Part shown: piece after piece, positions 9,753-19,200 of the stretch
Position numbering within the stretch: the first letter of the stretch is position 1
How the letters are laid out: every line of letters starts with the position of its first letter
Assembly (NCBI GenBank): GCA_016215105.1
Contig: JACRLJ010000015.1
Coordinates: 1,438 to 65,437, forward strand
Direction: 5' to 3'
Length of the DNA: 64,000 nucleotides
Source of the DNA: Candidatus Hydrogenedentota bacterium
Lineage (GTDB): Bacteria > Hydrogenedentota > Hydrogenedentia > Hydrogenedentales > SLHB01
Notes under the pieces: model-generated
Told to the model about the DNA's origin: nothing
The model's database searches: none
The model's input: the letters and a program-made list of their open reading frames with translations, nothing else
Program-made: the position numbers and the translations under genes

Positions 9753-9794
9753 TACGTTGGCAGGAGATTCTTCGCTGCCGCTCAGAATGACACG
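9753..9794. repeat. Repeat family B, right-arm half copy (B1).
   Basis: TACGTTGGCAGGAGATTCTTCGCTGCCGCTCAGAATGACACG matches the right arm of the full copies at 30361..30475 and 55658..55773. Confidence 0.75.
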
Positions 9795-9874
9795 TTGCGC
9801 AGGTTTTCCAGAAAGGCGGAGAACGGCCTTGGCTGATAGGTCCTCAACAGCAGAACTGGTGGATTGGTTCGGTC

Positions 9875-11803
9875 TCAATCCGAGATCTTGGCGAAGGCCT
9901 CTTTCAGCGCGTAGTACGCCTTCTTCGGCTCTAGGTTATGGTTGATCACCGCATCGGAGATCTGCGGCCAACAATCGCACACGTTCCAGTGGAGAATACC
10001 CCCGCAATGCGGCTGGGAATGGTAGTACTCGGTCCAGACGCGGCAGGCTTCTGCTTGCAAGGTCTGGGTCACCTCGATGAATTCTTCGAGTGACTTTGGT
10101 TCGGGCAGGCCGTTGGCCTCGATGGACCGGAACAGACTTTGGATACGATAGTCCCAGCCGGTCTTGATGGTGTCGGAGCAGTGGTAATGCCATACCTCGT
10201 TGTGAGGTGGCCATAGCTTGTTTTCCGGGATGAAGGTTTTCAGTGTTTCGATATCGGGCACGGACAGATGGCCGATCTCGCTGACGAACTTACTGACATC
10301 TTTGAGATAGAAGTCCGAGCGGTAACTGGTTCCGTGCGCCCAACGGTGACTGTCGCCGCGCAGAGGGGTGTATGGTTCCTTCTCGGCGGGGTCGAAGGGG
10401 CTGTCGGGAATGCGCGGGGTATCGGGATCGAGCCGTTTGCAGATGGGCTGGAGCACGTCCCAGCCGATATTAAAACGCCGTCCGAAACTCGTGTCGTTTT
10501 CGTTGCCGCCGGACCATAGCGCCAGACACGCGTGTTTCCGCAAGCGCCGAACGACGGCATTGGCCTCGGCCTTTACCTCCTTGATGAACGCGGCGGTTTC
10601 CGGATAGGCCGCGCAGGAAAACATGAAGTCCTGCCAAATCAGAATTCCATTTTCGGAGCACAGTTCGTAGAAGAGTTCGGGCTCGTAGACGCCTCCCCCC
10701 CACACCCGCATCATGTTAGCCCCGGTGTCTTTCACCATTTCCACAAGCGTGCGGTAGTTGCTGGCGGGGATAGTGCCAGGCAGGGCGTCGGCGGGAGTCC
10801 AATTGATGCCTTTCATGAAGGTCTTGCGTCCGTTGACGGCGAAGTAGAAGCTGCTTTCGTCAATGGAAACAGTCTCTTGATAGGTTTCTATCTTTCGTAT
10901 GGCGAAGCGCTGCTCCCGGGCATCGAGAATGTCCTGTCCACGTTTGAGCGTGACGCGGATTCGGTAGAGCGCGTGCTCGCCGAGGCCGTTTGGCCACCAC
11001 AGGCGGTACGGCGAAATGGACAGCGGAACACGCGCGCCTTTTTCGGGTTTGCAGACACTGGTGAGCGAAGCAACTGTAGCGCCGTCGGGATTGAATACTT
11101 CGACGACCAGGTCACATTCTGCTGCGCCGGGAACCGCATCGAATTCAATGTCGGCGTTGAGACGCGCGGCGCTCTTACTCCAGCCGCGGGTACGAACATG
11201 GATATCACCTAGCGCTACATCGTCCATTACCTCCAGGTACACGGGCTGCCAGATTCCGACGCTGACCAGGTGAGGCGCAATGTCCCAACCGTAGTTGTAT
11301 TGCGCTTTGCGGGAAAAGATGCGCGGCGTGTACCAATTCGTCAAAGCCGGATCATTCATCTCGACACTAAACATGGGCGATGCGACGCGGACCGCGAGTT
11401 GATTCCGCTCCCCCGGCTTGATGCGGTCAGTGACGTCTACGCGGATTGGCGTGAACATGTTCTGATTCCGGGCGATTTCGGCGCCGCTGAGATAGATCGT
11501 GGCGTACGTGTCGATTCCATCGAAGACCAGCGCCGCACGTTGTCCGGGCCTAATCGCCGGCGCATCGAAGTCGCAGCGGTAGAACCAGTCCTTCTCGGCA
11601 ACCCATCGGCAATGGTCGGCGTTAAGGGCAAAGTAGGGGTCGGGAATGCGGTTCGCGGCGCGAAGATCCTGGTGGACGTCTCCGGGAACCGACGCCGGCA
11701 GCCAGCCGTCCGTCGGTCCGGTTAGAAGATCCTCGGTAGCCGAGCACCGGAAGTCTCTTCCCGTAAGACGCCAGGAGTCATTCAGTTCGATTCGGTTGCG
11801 CAT
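9875..11803 (-). CDS. Glycoside hydrolase family 2 (beta-mannosidase/exo-glucosaminidase-like).
   Basis: GH2 sugar-binding, Ig-like and TIM-barrel pattern is visible. WSGGNEN acid/base motif. Size 642 aa, no signal peptide. Confidence 0.88.
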   Translation of the reverse strand: MRNRIELNDSWRLTGRDFRCSATEDLLTGPTDGWLPASVPGDVHQDLRAANRIPDPYFALNADHCRWVAEKDWFYRCDFDAPAIRPGQRAALVFDGIDTYATIYLSGAEIARNQNMFTPIRVDVTDRIKPGERNQLAVRVASPMFSVEMNDPALTNWYTPRIFSRKAQYNYGWDIAPHLVSVGIWQPVYLEVMDDVALGDIHVRTRGWSKSAARLNADIEFDAVPGAAECDLVVEVFNPDGATVASLTSVCKPEKGARVPLSISPYRLWWPNGLGEHALYRIRVTLKRGQDILDAREQRFAIRKIETYQETVSIDESSFYFAVNGRKTFMKGINWTPADALPGTIPASNYRTLVEMVKDTGANMMRVWGGGVYEPELFYELCSENGILIWQDFMFSCAAYPETAAFIKEVKAEANAVVRRLRKHACLALWSGGNENDTSFGRRFNIGWDVLQPICKRLDPDTPRIPDSPFDPAEKEPYTPLRGDSHRWAHGTSYRSDFYLKDVSKFVSEIGHLSVPDIETLKTFIPENKLWPPHNEVWHYHCSDTIKTGWDYRIQSLFRSIEANGLPEPKSLEEFIEVTQTLQAEACRVWTEYYHSQPHCGGILHWNVCDCWPQISDAVINHNLEPKKAYYALKEAFAKISD

Positions 11804-12391
11804 CGGTCGTTCCTCCTGCGGCTTGATTTGCAGCGGCTTCGCTCGTTCTGTTAGTGCGCTTTCCGACAGAGTTCAACGGCACGATAACCACGCCGACAGC
11901 CGATTCGGAGCGCGCGCGTAGTGTAGCGCCCGGAGTCGCGCGACACAACGGACCTCACGTTTTCGACTATTGCGGCGGAGGTCACGCGCCGGATCGGCCG
12001 TATGTGTAAGTGGCCGCAGTGACAAATTGTTGCCGAAATGACCGCGATTGGGGACTCTGACGCACCACCAAAAGCTATCTTACCGCGCACTAGCGCCTTG
12101 GATGCGCCGAAATTAAGGTCTTCCAGGACAAGGACTTGTCCCCAGGCGGCACAAACAGTTGCAGTTATTGGATGGTCGTGGCATTATTCTTGCGGATTAC
12201 TACGCAGCCTGAGGAGTAATCCACAGAGCGCTTCCAGGCAAGGCATCGTTGACGAATCGCGCTTCACCGCGATTGACGCTGGCCAGAGTGACGCGGCCAG
12301 GACATCGGTATGAGAACCGTCTGTGTACAAACTGAAGACCTCGGCGTATGACGTTCGGAGAGTAGCGCGCCGCTGGTTGGAGGACAAAGGT

Positions 12392-14572
12392 ATGAGACAA
12401 CAAACGACGCACGAAGCAGGCATGGCGCTGATCCTTGTGGTCATGATCACGGTGGTGATCCTCGGCGCGGTGACGCTGGTTGTGACCAGCGTACAGACGG
12501 ACCGGTCGCGCACCGATTCGTCTATTCAGGCGACCCGCCTCGACGAGGCCGTAAAGGGGGGCACGGATATCGGTATCGAGCGCGTCTGGCGCCAGTACCT
12601 CGTGGCCAACGGGGGCGCGACCGGTAACATGACGTCCTATCTCACGTTCATCAACGGGCTCGTGCCGAACAACGAAGACACCAATGGCAACGGACAGCAG
12701 GACACCGGTGAGACGGACGCGAACGGCAATGGGGTCTTTGAATCGAATCCGGCGGGCGCCGATTTAGTGGGAGAGGCAGACAACAAGATACTTCTCACCG
12801 GCGAACAGATCCGGCGCATCCATCTCTCGCGCGCGGACGATACCAGCGGCACGACCATTACTGTCACGACCACGGCGAAGCTCGGCACGAGCACGAAGAC
12901 CGGTTCGCAGACACTGCGCGTGACCGGCGCGCTCTTCAAGGGGTTCGACTACGGCGTATTGGCGATGAATGTGAGTTGCATTCTGTGTCATTGCGAAATC
13001 AAGCCGCTCGACCTGATAAGCAATACGGACGCGACGAAGTACGGCACTTTCGATCGGATTAAAGTGGGCTCGCTTCAGTCAATCATGGTGCGCACGGGAG
13101 GTTCCTCAGACCCCTTTAGCGCGAATTCGCATGTTGCAGGCACGACGTATTCACGCGGGAACGTATACAATCAGTCGTATGGGCTCATGACTGCGGCGCA
13201 GTTAGCCTCGTCGACGTTTGACGCGTATAGTTTCTCGTCCACGACGGGGAAGATTGCGCAGAGTGCGACCGGGGGGATGACATCCGTCTCGTTGAGCAAC
13301 GCAACGACGAACGCGCAGGGAAAGCTGAATCAGAACGCAAATCTCTATCTGAACTATCCGACGAGTGACTCCCTGATGACGGACGGGGAGTTGCCTTCGA
13401 CGTTTCCGGCGCCGTACAACGACGCGAATGGAAATCGCCTGGTGGATACGGGTGAATTTGCGACGGTCATGAGTTCGGCAACCGGTTCGATTACTGGCGG
13501 CGTCGCTTATGGCGTGCCCAGCGGCTCGACGTATACGGGATCGGGACTGCCGACGACGTCCAATTCGGCCACGACCTCGCTCGCAAGCGGGTCTTATGAT
13601 GGTAACTTGATACTCAATGGCACCGCGGCGAGTCCGATCACGATTGATGGCAAAGTCGCTGTCAATGGGGATCTGGTCCTCAATGGGAAGGTGAAGGGTT
13701 GGGGTCAGTTGCAGGTGAAGGGCAACGTGTACATTGTCGGTGATACCACGTATGCGGACGCGCCGGGAACATTTGGCGTGGCGAGCGACGGCACCAGGAA
13801 CGGCCTGGCCGTTGTGGCAGGCGGCAACATCATCATGGGGGACTATCTGACACGCAGCGCCCTCGATAAGCCGTCTACTACAGGCGTACTCAATGAATAT
13901 CAGGTTAAGACCCGCGTGCAACATCAGACCGTAACGGGCGGTAAAGACGTGGGCTACTACGGCGTGAATGTGGTTGACCCAGGGTTCACCTCCGCTGGCG
14001 AAACTTTGACGAGTTTCACTTCGTCGGAGCTGATGGTGTTCAATCAGCGAGAGTATCAGATGGCGGCGGCGAACCCGTCGTACAAGCCGCGGTATTACCG
14101 TATCCGTCCCACGCAGCCGGTGGAACGCTACACCGGCGCGAGCCAGGACGCGTTCTATTACACCGACCCCGCGATATCGATCATATCGACGAACGCGAGC
14201 ACGTCGATCCTTAACCTGAGTCCGTCCGCGTATTGGATGACGGAGGCACAGCTTCGCGATATCTGGTGGGCAGACGAACAGAGCCGTCCCTCGTCCGGGC
14301 GCGCGTTCCAGTTTGACGGATTGTTGTATTCCAACAACGCGATATTCGGGCTGGTGCGGAGCAATGTGCGGCATGGCTCGTATACCATGGGGCAGATGGT
14401 GGTTCGCGGCAGCATTATTTCTCCCGACCTTGGCATTCTCGCCCCGGGCGCCAATGACGCGGCCTCGCGGCCGGCGTTCACGCTGTACTATGATCGCCGC
14501 GTGAGCAGCTTCTATCAGATAGTGGACACCACTCAAGCGACCTTCAAGCGACTGGTCTACCTGGGATACTGA
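12392..14572 (+). CDS. Large PilX-N-terminal-domain protein (pilus/pseudopilus assembly minor component-like).
   Basis: Trimmed to the Met after RBS GGAGGA. The N-terminus HEAGMALILVVMITVVILGAVTLVVTSV matches the PilX N-terminal hydrophobic segment. The remainder is Thr/Ser/Gly-rich beta-structure. The antisense ORF 13202..14536 was rejected. Confidence 0.7.
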   Translation: MRQQTTHEAGMALILVVMITVVILGAVTLVVTSVQTDRSRTDSSIQATRLDEAVKGGTDIGIERVWRQYLVANGGATGNMTSYLTFINGLVPNNEDTNGNGQQDTGETDANGNGVFESNPAGADLVGEADNKILLTGEQIRRIHLSRADDTSGTTITVTTTAKLGTSTKTGSQTLRVTGALFKGFDYGVLAMNVSCILCHCEIKPLDLISNTDATKYGTFDRIKVGSLQSIMVRTGGSSDPFSANSHVAGTTYSRGNVYNQSYGLMTAAQLASSTFDAYSFSSTTGKIAQSATGGMTSVSLSNATTNAQGKLNQNANLYLNYPTSDSLMTDGELPSTFPAPYNDANGNRLVDTGEFATVMSSATGSITGGVAYGVPSGSTYTGSGLPTTSNSATTSLASGSYDGNLILNGTAASPITIDGKVAVNGDLVLNGKVKGWGQLQVKGNVYIVGDTTYADAPGTFGVASDGTRNGLAVVAGGNIIMGDYLTRSALDKPSTTGVLNEYQVKTRVQHQTVTGGKDVGYYGVNVVDPGFTSAGETLTSFTSSELMVFNQREYQMAAANPSYKPRYYRIRPTQPVERYTGASQDAFYYTDPAISIISTNASTSILNLSPSAYWMTEAQLRDIWWADEQSRPSSGRAFQFDGLLYSNNAIFGLVRSNVRHGSYTMGQMVVRGSIISPDLGILAPGANDAASRPAFTLYYDRRVSSFYQIVDTTQATFKRLVYLGY

Positions 14573-14668
14573 TTTCGGCCCGGGATCGCCAAGGGCGGTC
14601 TGGCTGCAATTGCGCAGGTGTTAGTGTGACGTTTGGTTTGTGTAAGCGCTGAAAGGAAGGTAATTCCC

Positions 14669-15604
14669 ATGCGGAAGAATATTTTGGCCGTAGCGATACT
14701 TGCCGGGGGCGCGGGAACAAGTTTCGCGGATACGATTACGCTTCCGGACGGATCGACCATGGACGGTGTCGTCCGCGAGATCAACGCGAACTGCGTCGCG
14801 CTTACCGTTGGCGATAACACGATGGAGTTTCAACGCAGTGAGATTGGCGCCATCGAGAAGAATGACAAGAAAGGTGACCCCAGCAAGCCGCTTCTCCTGC
14901 CCTCGGTGCACGAACACCAGCGCAAGCTTGACGAAGCGACCGGGCTTACCGCGGACGAGCGCGAACGCATTCTGGGCACTATCGAGGCCCTTCACATGGC
15001 TCACGAGCCAGGCGATCGGCAGAAGGCGGAAAGTAACCTCGTTGCGCTGAACAAGACGTTGGGCGTGGTCAAATTCATCAAGGCGTCGCTTGATTACCGC
15101 TGCACGATGGCGCGGCGCATGGAGTATCTGGACGCGCTTGCAGTGCTGGACCCAGCCGCGGCGGGACCGTTGTTGGACAAGGGAGTAGTCAACCCATTCG
15201 CTCCCATGCGCGCCTTGTGCATTCGCCTTCTTGCGGCGATACAAAACCCGCCGGACAAAGCCGACCTGGGCACGCTGACGACGTTTGCCCGCGGCCTGCT
15301 GGATTTTGACGCCGACGTGCAATTCGCCGCGGGAACCGCGTTGGTTAAGTGCGGGCAGAAGACCGTGACTCCCGTTCTCCTAGCGAAACTTGACGATCCG
15401 GAAACCAGAATTCGCAACATTGCGAATCAAGCGCTGACCCAAATCTGGGGTGTAGACGCGGCCACCGTCCCTGAGGATCGCGCCGCCTTCTGGAAAGATT
15501 TTTGGAGCAAGAATGCGGCGGGTGTCACCAAGCCCCTTGATCCGGCGTCGCTGCAACCACTGGTGGACAAGGAGGCCGTTCCGGTCATGGACGGGCGCCA
15601 CTAG
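14669..15604 (+). CDS. Secreted HEAT/PBS-lyase-like repeat protein.
   Basis: Start moved to MRKNILAVAILAGGAGTSFA (signal peptide) with RBS AAGGAAGG. Alpha-helical repeats with DPETRIRNIANQAL and VQFAAGTALVKCG HEAT-like motifs. Confidence 0.7.
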   Translation: MRKNILAVAILAGGAGTSFADTITLPDGSTMDGVVREINANCVALTVGDNTMEFQRSEIGAIEKNDKKGDPSKPLLLPSVHEHQRKLDEATGLTADERERILGTIEALHMAHEPGDRQKAESNLVALNKTLGVVKFIKASLDYRCTMARRMEYLDALAVLDPAAAGPLLDKGVVNPFAPMRALCIRLLAAIQNPPDKADLGTLTTFARGLLDFDADVQFAAGTALVKCGQKTVTPVLLAKLDDPETRIRNIANQALTQIWGVDAATVPEDRAAFWKDFWSKNAAGVTKPLDPASLQPLVDKEAVPVMDGRH

Positions 15605-15923
15605 CACTACAACGCAAATCTCTCTAGGAGCCGTTGCGCAATCGGCTCATCTGGACATCTCCCACGAGAGCGCAGCGCTATTCAGGACGAAACATCACCG
15701 CGGAGCACGGGGGTATGCTGCGCCCCGCTGGGGCTGTCCGATGGGTTGCGCTTTGGTCCGGGGGTTCCCTGCCGGTCACCCCCGGCTACTTCCCTGTCGT
15801 CCCTTCGGGACTTGGCTCTTGAGATCTCGTGTCCTATTCAGCATTTGAGAAATCGCCGCCACCCCGGGGGGACTGAATTCGAAATCCTGGACATCGGCCA
15901 ATCAACCTAGCGTTGTAGTATTA

Positions 15924-15963
15924 GGAATCCGGCCAAAGAGTCAGCTTTATGACGCGGCGCGGC
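15924..15963. repeat. Repeat family A, short form (A3).
   Basis: GGAATCCGGCCAAAGAGTCAGCTTTATGACGCGGCGCGG in a convergent intergenic region. Confidence 0.65.
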
Positions 15964-16052
15964 GGTGTTCTGGCGAGGGAGACGTCACACGCGCCGTGGC
16001 TGACGCGCCGCGACACAGTATCTGCCGTTGGAGAGTCTCGAGCGCGCTCGAC

Positions 16053-16691
16053 TCAGTTGACCAGGTAAATGTTCGTGGTCACGGAGCCTGTGATCGGGGG
16101 GCGGCTCGGATCATTGCTCAGGCGGCGGCTTGCGGTCAGCGTAATTGTGAGCATGCTTCTGCTCGCGTCCAGCGCCATGGCGACGTTGCTGATATCATTG
16201 GCGCCGCCCACGGGGGTCGTTTCACCAGCGTCGGCCGTCGAGCCATTCCCGTTCATGTCCTGGATGCGGACGATGCGTCGCGTCAGTACTCTGTTATTGT
16301 CGGTGTCTTCGCTCGTGTCCAGCCGTCCGTTGCCATTCGCATCCTCGTTGATAAATCGGTAGCGAATCGCCGTGCTCCAATTGTTTCCCGTACTATTCAG
16401 TGGTTTTTGAAAGGCGATTTCGATTGGGGCGCCAGCGACCGGGTTGTTGGTGACGGCGACGGCGCTTAACGGGGGAACAAGCGCCGCGTTCGTGGTCTTC
16501 GAGGCAAGCTCGAGTTCGTTTCGCATGGCGTTGATGACGTCGCGCAGATCGGTGTCCACGACTTCCTGAGTCGCGGCCTGCCCCATCACCTTGACCGATG
16601 CGGCCATGACGGCAAACCCCAGCACGGACACGATCGATAGGAGCGCCAGGGAGATAATCAGTTCGAGCATGGTGAAACCGGTTGATTTCAT
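16053..16691 (-). CDS. Prepilin-type N-terminal cleavage/methylation domain protein (pseudopilin).
   Basis: Trimmed to MKSTGFTMLELIISLALLSIVSVLGF, the class III signal G|FTMLE. RBS AGGAGG. Confidence 0.8.
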   Translation of the reverse strand: MKSTGFTMLELIISLALLSIVSVLGFAVMAASVKVMGQAATQEVVDTDLRDVINAMRNELELASKTTNAALVPPLSAVAVTNNPVAGAPIEIAFQKPLNSTGNNWSTAIRYRFINEDANGNGRLDTSEDTDNNRVLTRRIVRIQDMNGNGSTADAGETTPVGGANDISNVAMALDASRSMLTITLTASRRLSNDPSRPPITGSVTTNIYLVN

Positions 16692-16860
16692 GGCCAGCCT
16701 CCTGGAAGTCGATTCCCGATCGGGGAAGACTCCGGTTCGTTCACGCCGCCGCATTTTCGGTGGCACACTCGAGCGGCGGCGCCGCAATTCATAAGTCAAC
16801 GGGACAGCTTCTGTGTCAGCGGCGCTCATACGTCCCGCGCAGAAGAGGCCGACAAAGCCG

Positions 16861-17301
16861 CTAGCTACTCGTAAGTACCGTGGCTAGGACATTGTTGACC
16901 GGCCGGTTCCGCCGATCGATGAACGTGCTTCGAAGCACCACCAGTAACGGATTGGTGGCGTTTGTAGCCGCGGCGTTCGTCGTCGCGTCATAGAAGTTGA
17001 TCGTAATGCGCTCGCTCATCACGCGGCTGTTGGCCGTACCGGGCACGACCGTGCCGTCGGGCCATTGGGTAAAGATGGCTGCGGGAAAATTGGTGGGATT
17101 TGCGTCCCTCACCTGGCGCATGGAGCTCAGAATCGCCTCCATGTTCTGGGTGTTTGTGTTCCGCTGGCGCTGAACGTCCATCGCGACATAGTAGGACACA
17201 AGGACTTGTGCGGTCGCGCCGAGAATAATCACGAAGATGGCCAGCGCCAAGGTGATTTCGAGCAATGTAAAACCTTGTTTACGCCGAATTGTTGAAAGCA
17301 T
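16861..17301 (-). CDS. Prepilin-type N-terminal cleavage/methylation domain protein (pseudopilin).
   Basis: MLSTIRRKQGFTLLEITLALAIFVIILG shows the G|FTLLE prepilin motif. Confidence 0.8.
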   Translation of the reverse strand: MLSTIRRKQGFTLLEITLALAIFVIILGATAQVLVSYYVAMDVQRQRNTNTQNMEAILSSMRQVRDANPTNFPAAIFTQWPDGTVVPGTANSRVMSERITINFYDATTNAAATNATNPLLVVLRSTFIDRRNRPVNNVLATVLTSS

Positions 17302-17652
17302 GCCAATCCTCCGCTCTCAATGCCGTACAGGAAGGATTTCGAGGAAGGCCGGGCGCGGCTGGCGCGCCTCCAACTTCCCAAACCGCCGCTTCCTGCAATA
17401 CAACACACACGCGCTGACTTCACGACGCCACCGGCGTAGCCACAGAGCAACACTTTTCACACTCAAAGCCGTACGCGCCTGCCCCAGGTACCTATCTGGA
17501 CTGCGGAAGCGTCAGTCCCCAGACTAGCAACAGCGGAATTATGCCACAGCGCTGCAGTATTCCGCAAGTAATTTTTGAGCGTCGACTCCAACAATACGGA
17601 CAAATATCTCAGATTGCGTAAAATCACGCAGTCGCGTCCAGTTCAATGCCTA

Positions 17653-17778
17653 GGAATCCGGCCAGAAAGTTAGCATTATTGCGCGGCGCGGCCAGAAAGC
17701 ACTTGTAAGTCGTTCAATGCCATCGCTGGCTCGTAGGGACTCTTGCTATTCGGAAGCTTCCTGGCCGCGCCTCTAAAG
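17653..17778. repeat. Repeat family A, long form (A4).
   Basis: GGAATCCGGCCAGAAAGTTAGC...GCGCGGCGCGGCCAGAAAGCACTTGTAAGT...CTGGCCGCGCCTCTAAAG. It pairs with copy 6531..6656 and sits in a divergent intergenic region. Confidence 0.7.
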
Positions 17779-18188
17779 AACCCAATTTCGGCCGTTGGCG
17801 CGTTGGAGGACGATCTAGCTCCTTCCAGGTCAAGCGTCTGTAACGAGCGCCGTATTCGCCATTCAGGTGAATTCAGGATGAATGCGTTTCGGTAACGGTT
17901 GGGCGCGTTCAGGGGCCCCACATTGCCGACCGCGGAATGCGGGCGCGCCGGGAACCGTCGAGCTATCTGGTCCCAAGTATCCCATTGCTCCCATACCTCC
18001 CATCGTACGCCCGCACACCCTAAACAAACACCTGACATGTATAGAGGGATCTACGCGAATCCGGGTCGAGGAAAACCGTGTTTAAGTGACCGGTGGACCG
18101 TGGCGCTCCATCGGTCCGATGATGGGCGTCCGGCCCGGAAAACTCTGGCCGGAGTTGCCCGAGACTAAGATCAGGGAGTGATGAGACT

Positions 18189-19184
18189 ATGCGCAGGACT
18201 TTTTTGCTGGTCGCTGTGAACGCGTTCATTTTGACGCTGTTCGCCGGAGAGGTGATCGCGGCCGGCCAGAACTACGACCCGCTGGCGATTTCCGGCGCTA
18301 CCGCGCCGGAAGTAATCGACTTGACCGTTCACGACACGAAGCGCGCACGCGACATCCCGATCCGCGTCTATTTGCCCGCCGGGAAATCCCCGGCGCCGGT
18401 CATCCTGTTCAGTCACGGCCTGGGAGGTTCGCGTGAGGGCAATGCCTATACGGGCAAGCATTGGGCAGCGCGCGGATATGTTGTGGTCGCGATGCAGCAT
18501 CCCGGCAGCGACACATCCGTTTGGCGCGACGCGCCGGTTACCCAACGCATGGCGGCGATGCGCAAAGCTGCGAATGGGGAGAACTTCATGCTGCGCGTGA
18601 AAGATGTGCCTGCGGTGCTTGACCAGCTCGAGCGGTGGAACAAATCCGGCGTTCCGGCGCTGACGGGCCGGATGGACCTGACGCGGGTCGGCATGTCCGG
18701 CCACTCGTTTGGCGCCGTAACCACGCAGGCGGTCAGCGGCCAAGTGGCCTTGCGCGGGGCCGTGTCGGTCACCGATCCGCGCATCAAAGCCGCCATCGCG
18801 TTCAGTCCGAGCCGGCCGAAGCTCGGCGGTCCGAAACAAGCGTTCGGTTCCGTACGCATTCCGTGGATGCTGATGACCGGCACCAAGGACGTCGCCCCCA
18901 TCGGAGACGCGGATGTGGCCTCGCGGCTTGCGGTGTTTCCCGCGCTTCCGCCGGGCGGCAAGTACGAAGTCGTGCTGTATAACGCGCAACACTCGGCCTT
19001 TTCCGATCGCGCGGCGCCGGGCGGCGCCGAAAAGCGCAATCCCAATCACCACCGGGCCATCCTCGCCCTGAGCACGGCCTTCTGGGACGCGTATCTCGGG
19101 CAGGACCCCATGGCGAAGGCATGGCTCGATGGAACTGGCCCCGCGTCCGTCCTGGAGAAAGACGACCAGTGGCAGAAGAAGTAG
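18189..19184 (+). CDS. Secreted alpha/beta hydrolase (PAF-acetylhydrolase/lipase/dienelactone-hydrolase-like).
   Basis: Signal peptide. GMSGHSFGA nucleophile elbow (GxSxG). Downstream Asp/His regions. Confidence 0.85.
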   Translation: MRRTFLLVAVNAFILTLFAGEVIAAGQNYDPLAISGATAPEVIDLTVHDTKRARDIPIRVYLPAGKSPAPVILFSHGLGGSREGNAYTGKHWAARGYVVVAMQHPGSDTSVWRDAPVTQRMAAMRKAANGENFMLRVKDVPAVLDQLERWNKSGVPALTGRMDLTRVGMSGHSFGAVTTQAVSGQVALRGAVSVTDPRIKAAIAFSPSRPKLGGPKQAFGSVRIPWMLMTGTKDVAPIGDADVASRLAVFPALPPGGKYEVVLYNAQHSAFSDRAAPGGAEKRNPNHHRAILALSTAFWDAYLGQDPMAKAWLDGTGPASVLEKDDQWQKK

Positions 19185-19200
19185 CTGACCTTCCGGTACG

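Noticed and set aside
13202-14536. 444-aa minus ORF
   Set aside because: Antisense to the PilX-like gene. Extreme Arg content (RRRKRRRQ...).
15640-15900. Possible tRNA/ncRNA in the GC-rich convergent spacer
   Set aside because: No cloverleaf-compatible acceptor/anticodon arrangement or conserved T-loop (GTTCRA) found. Likely just spacer containing a family A repeat.
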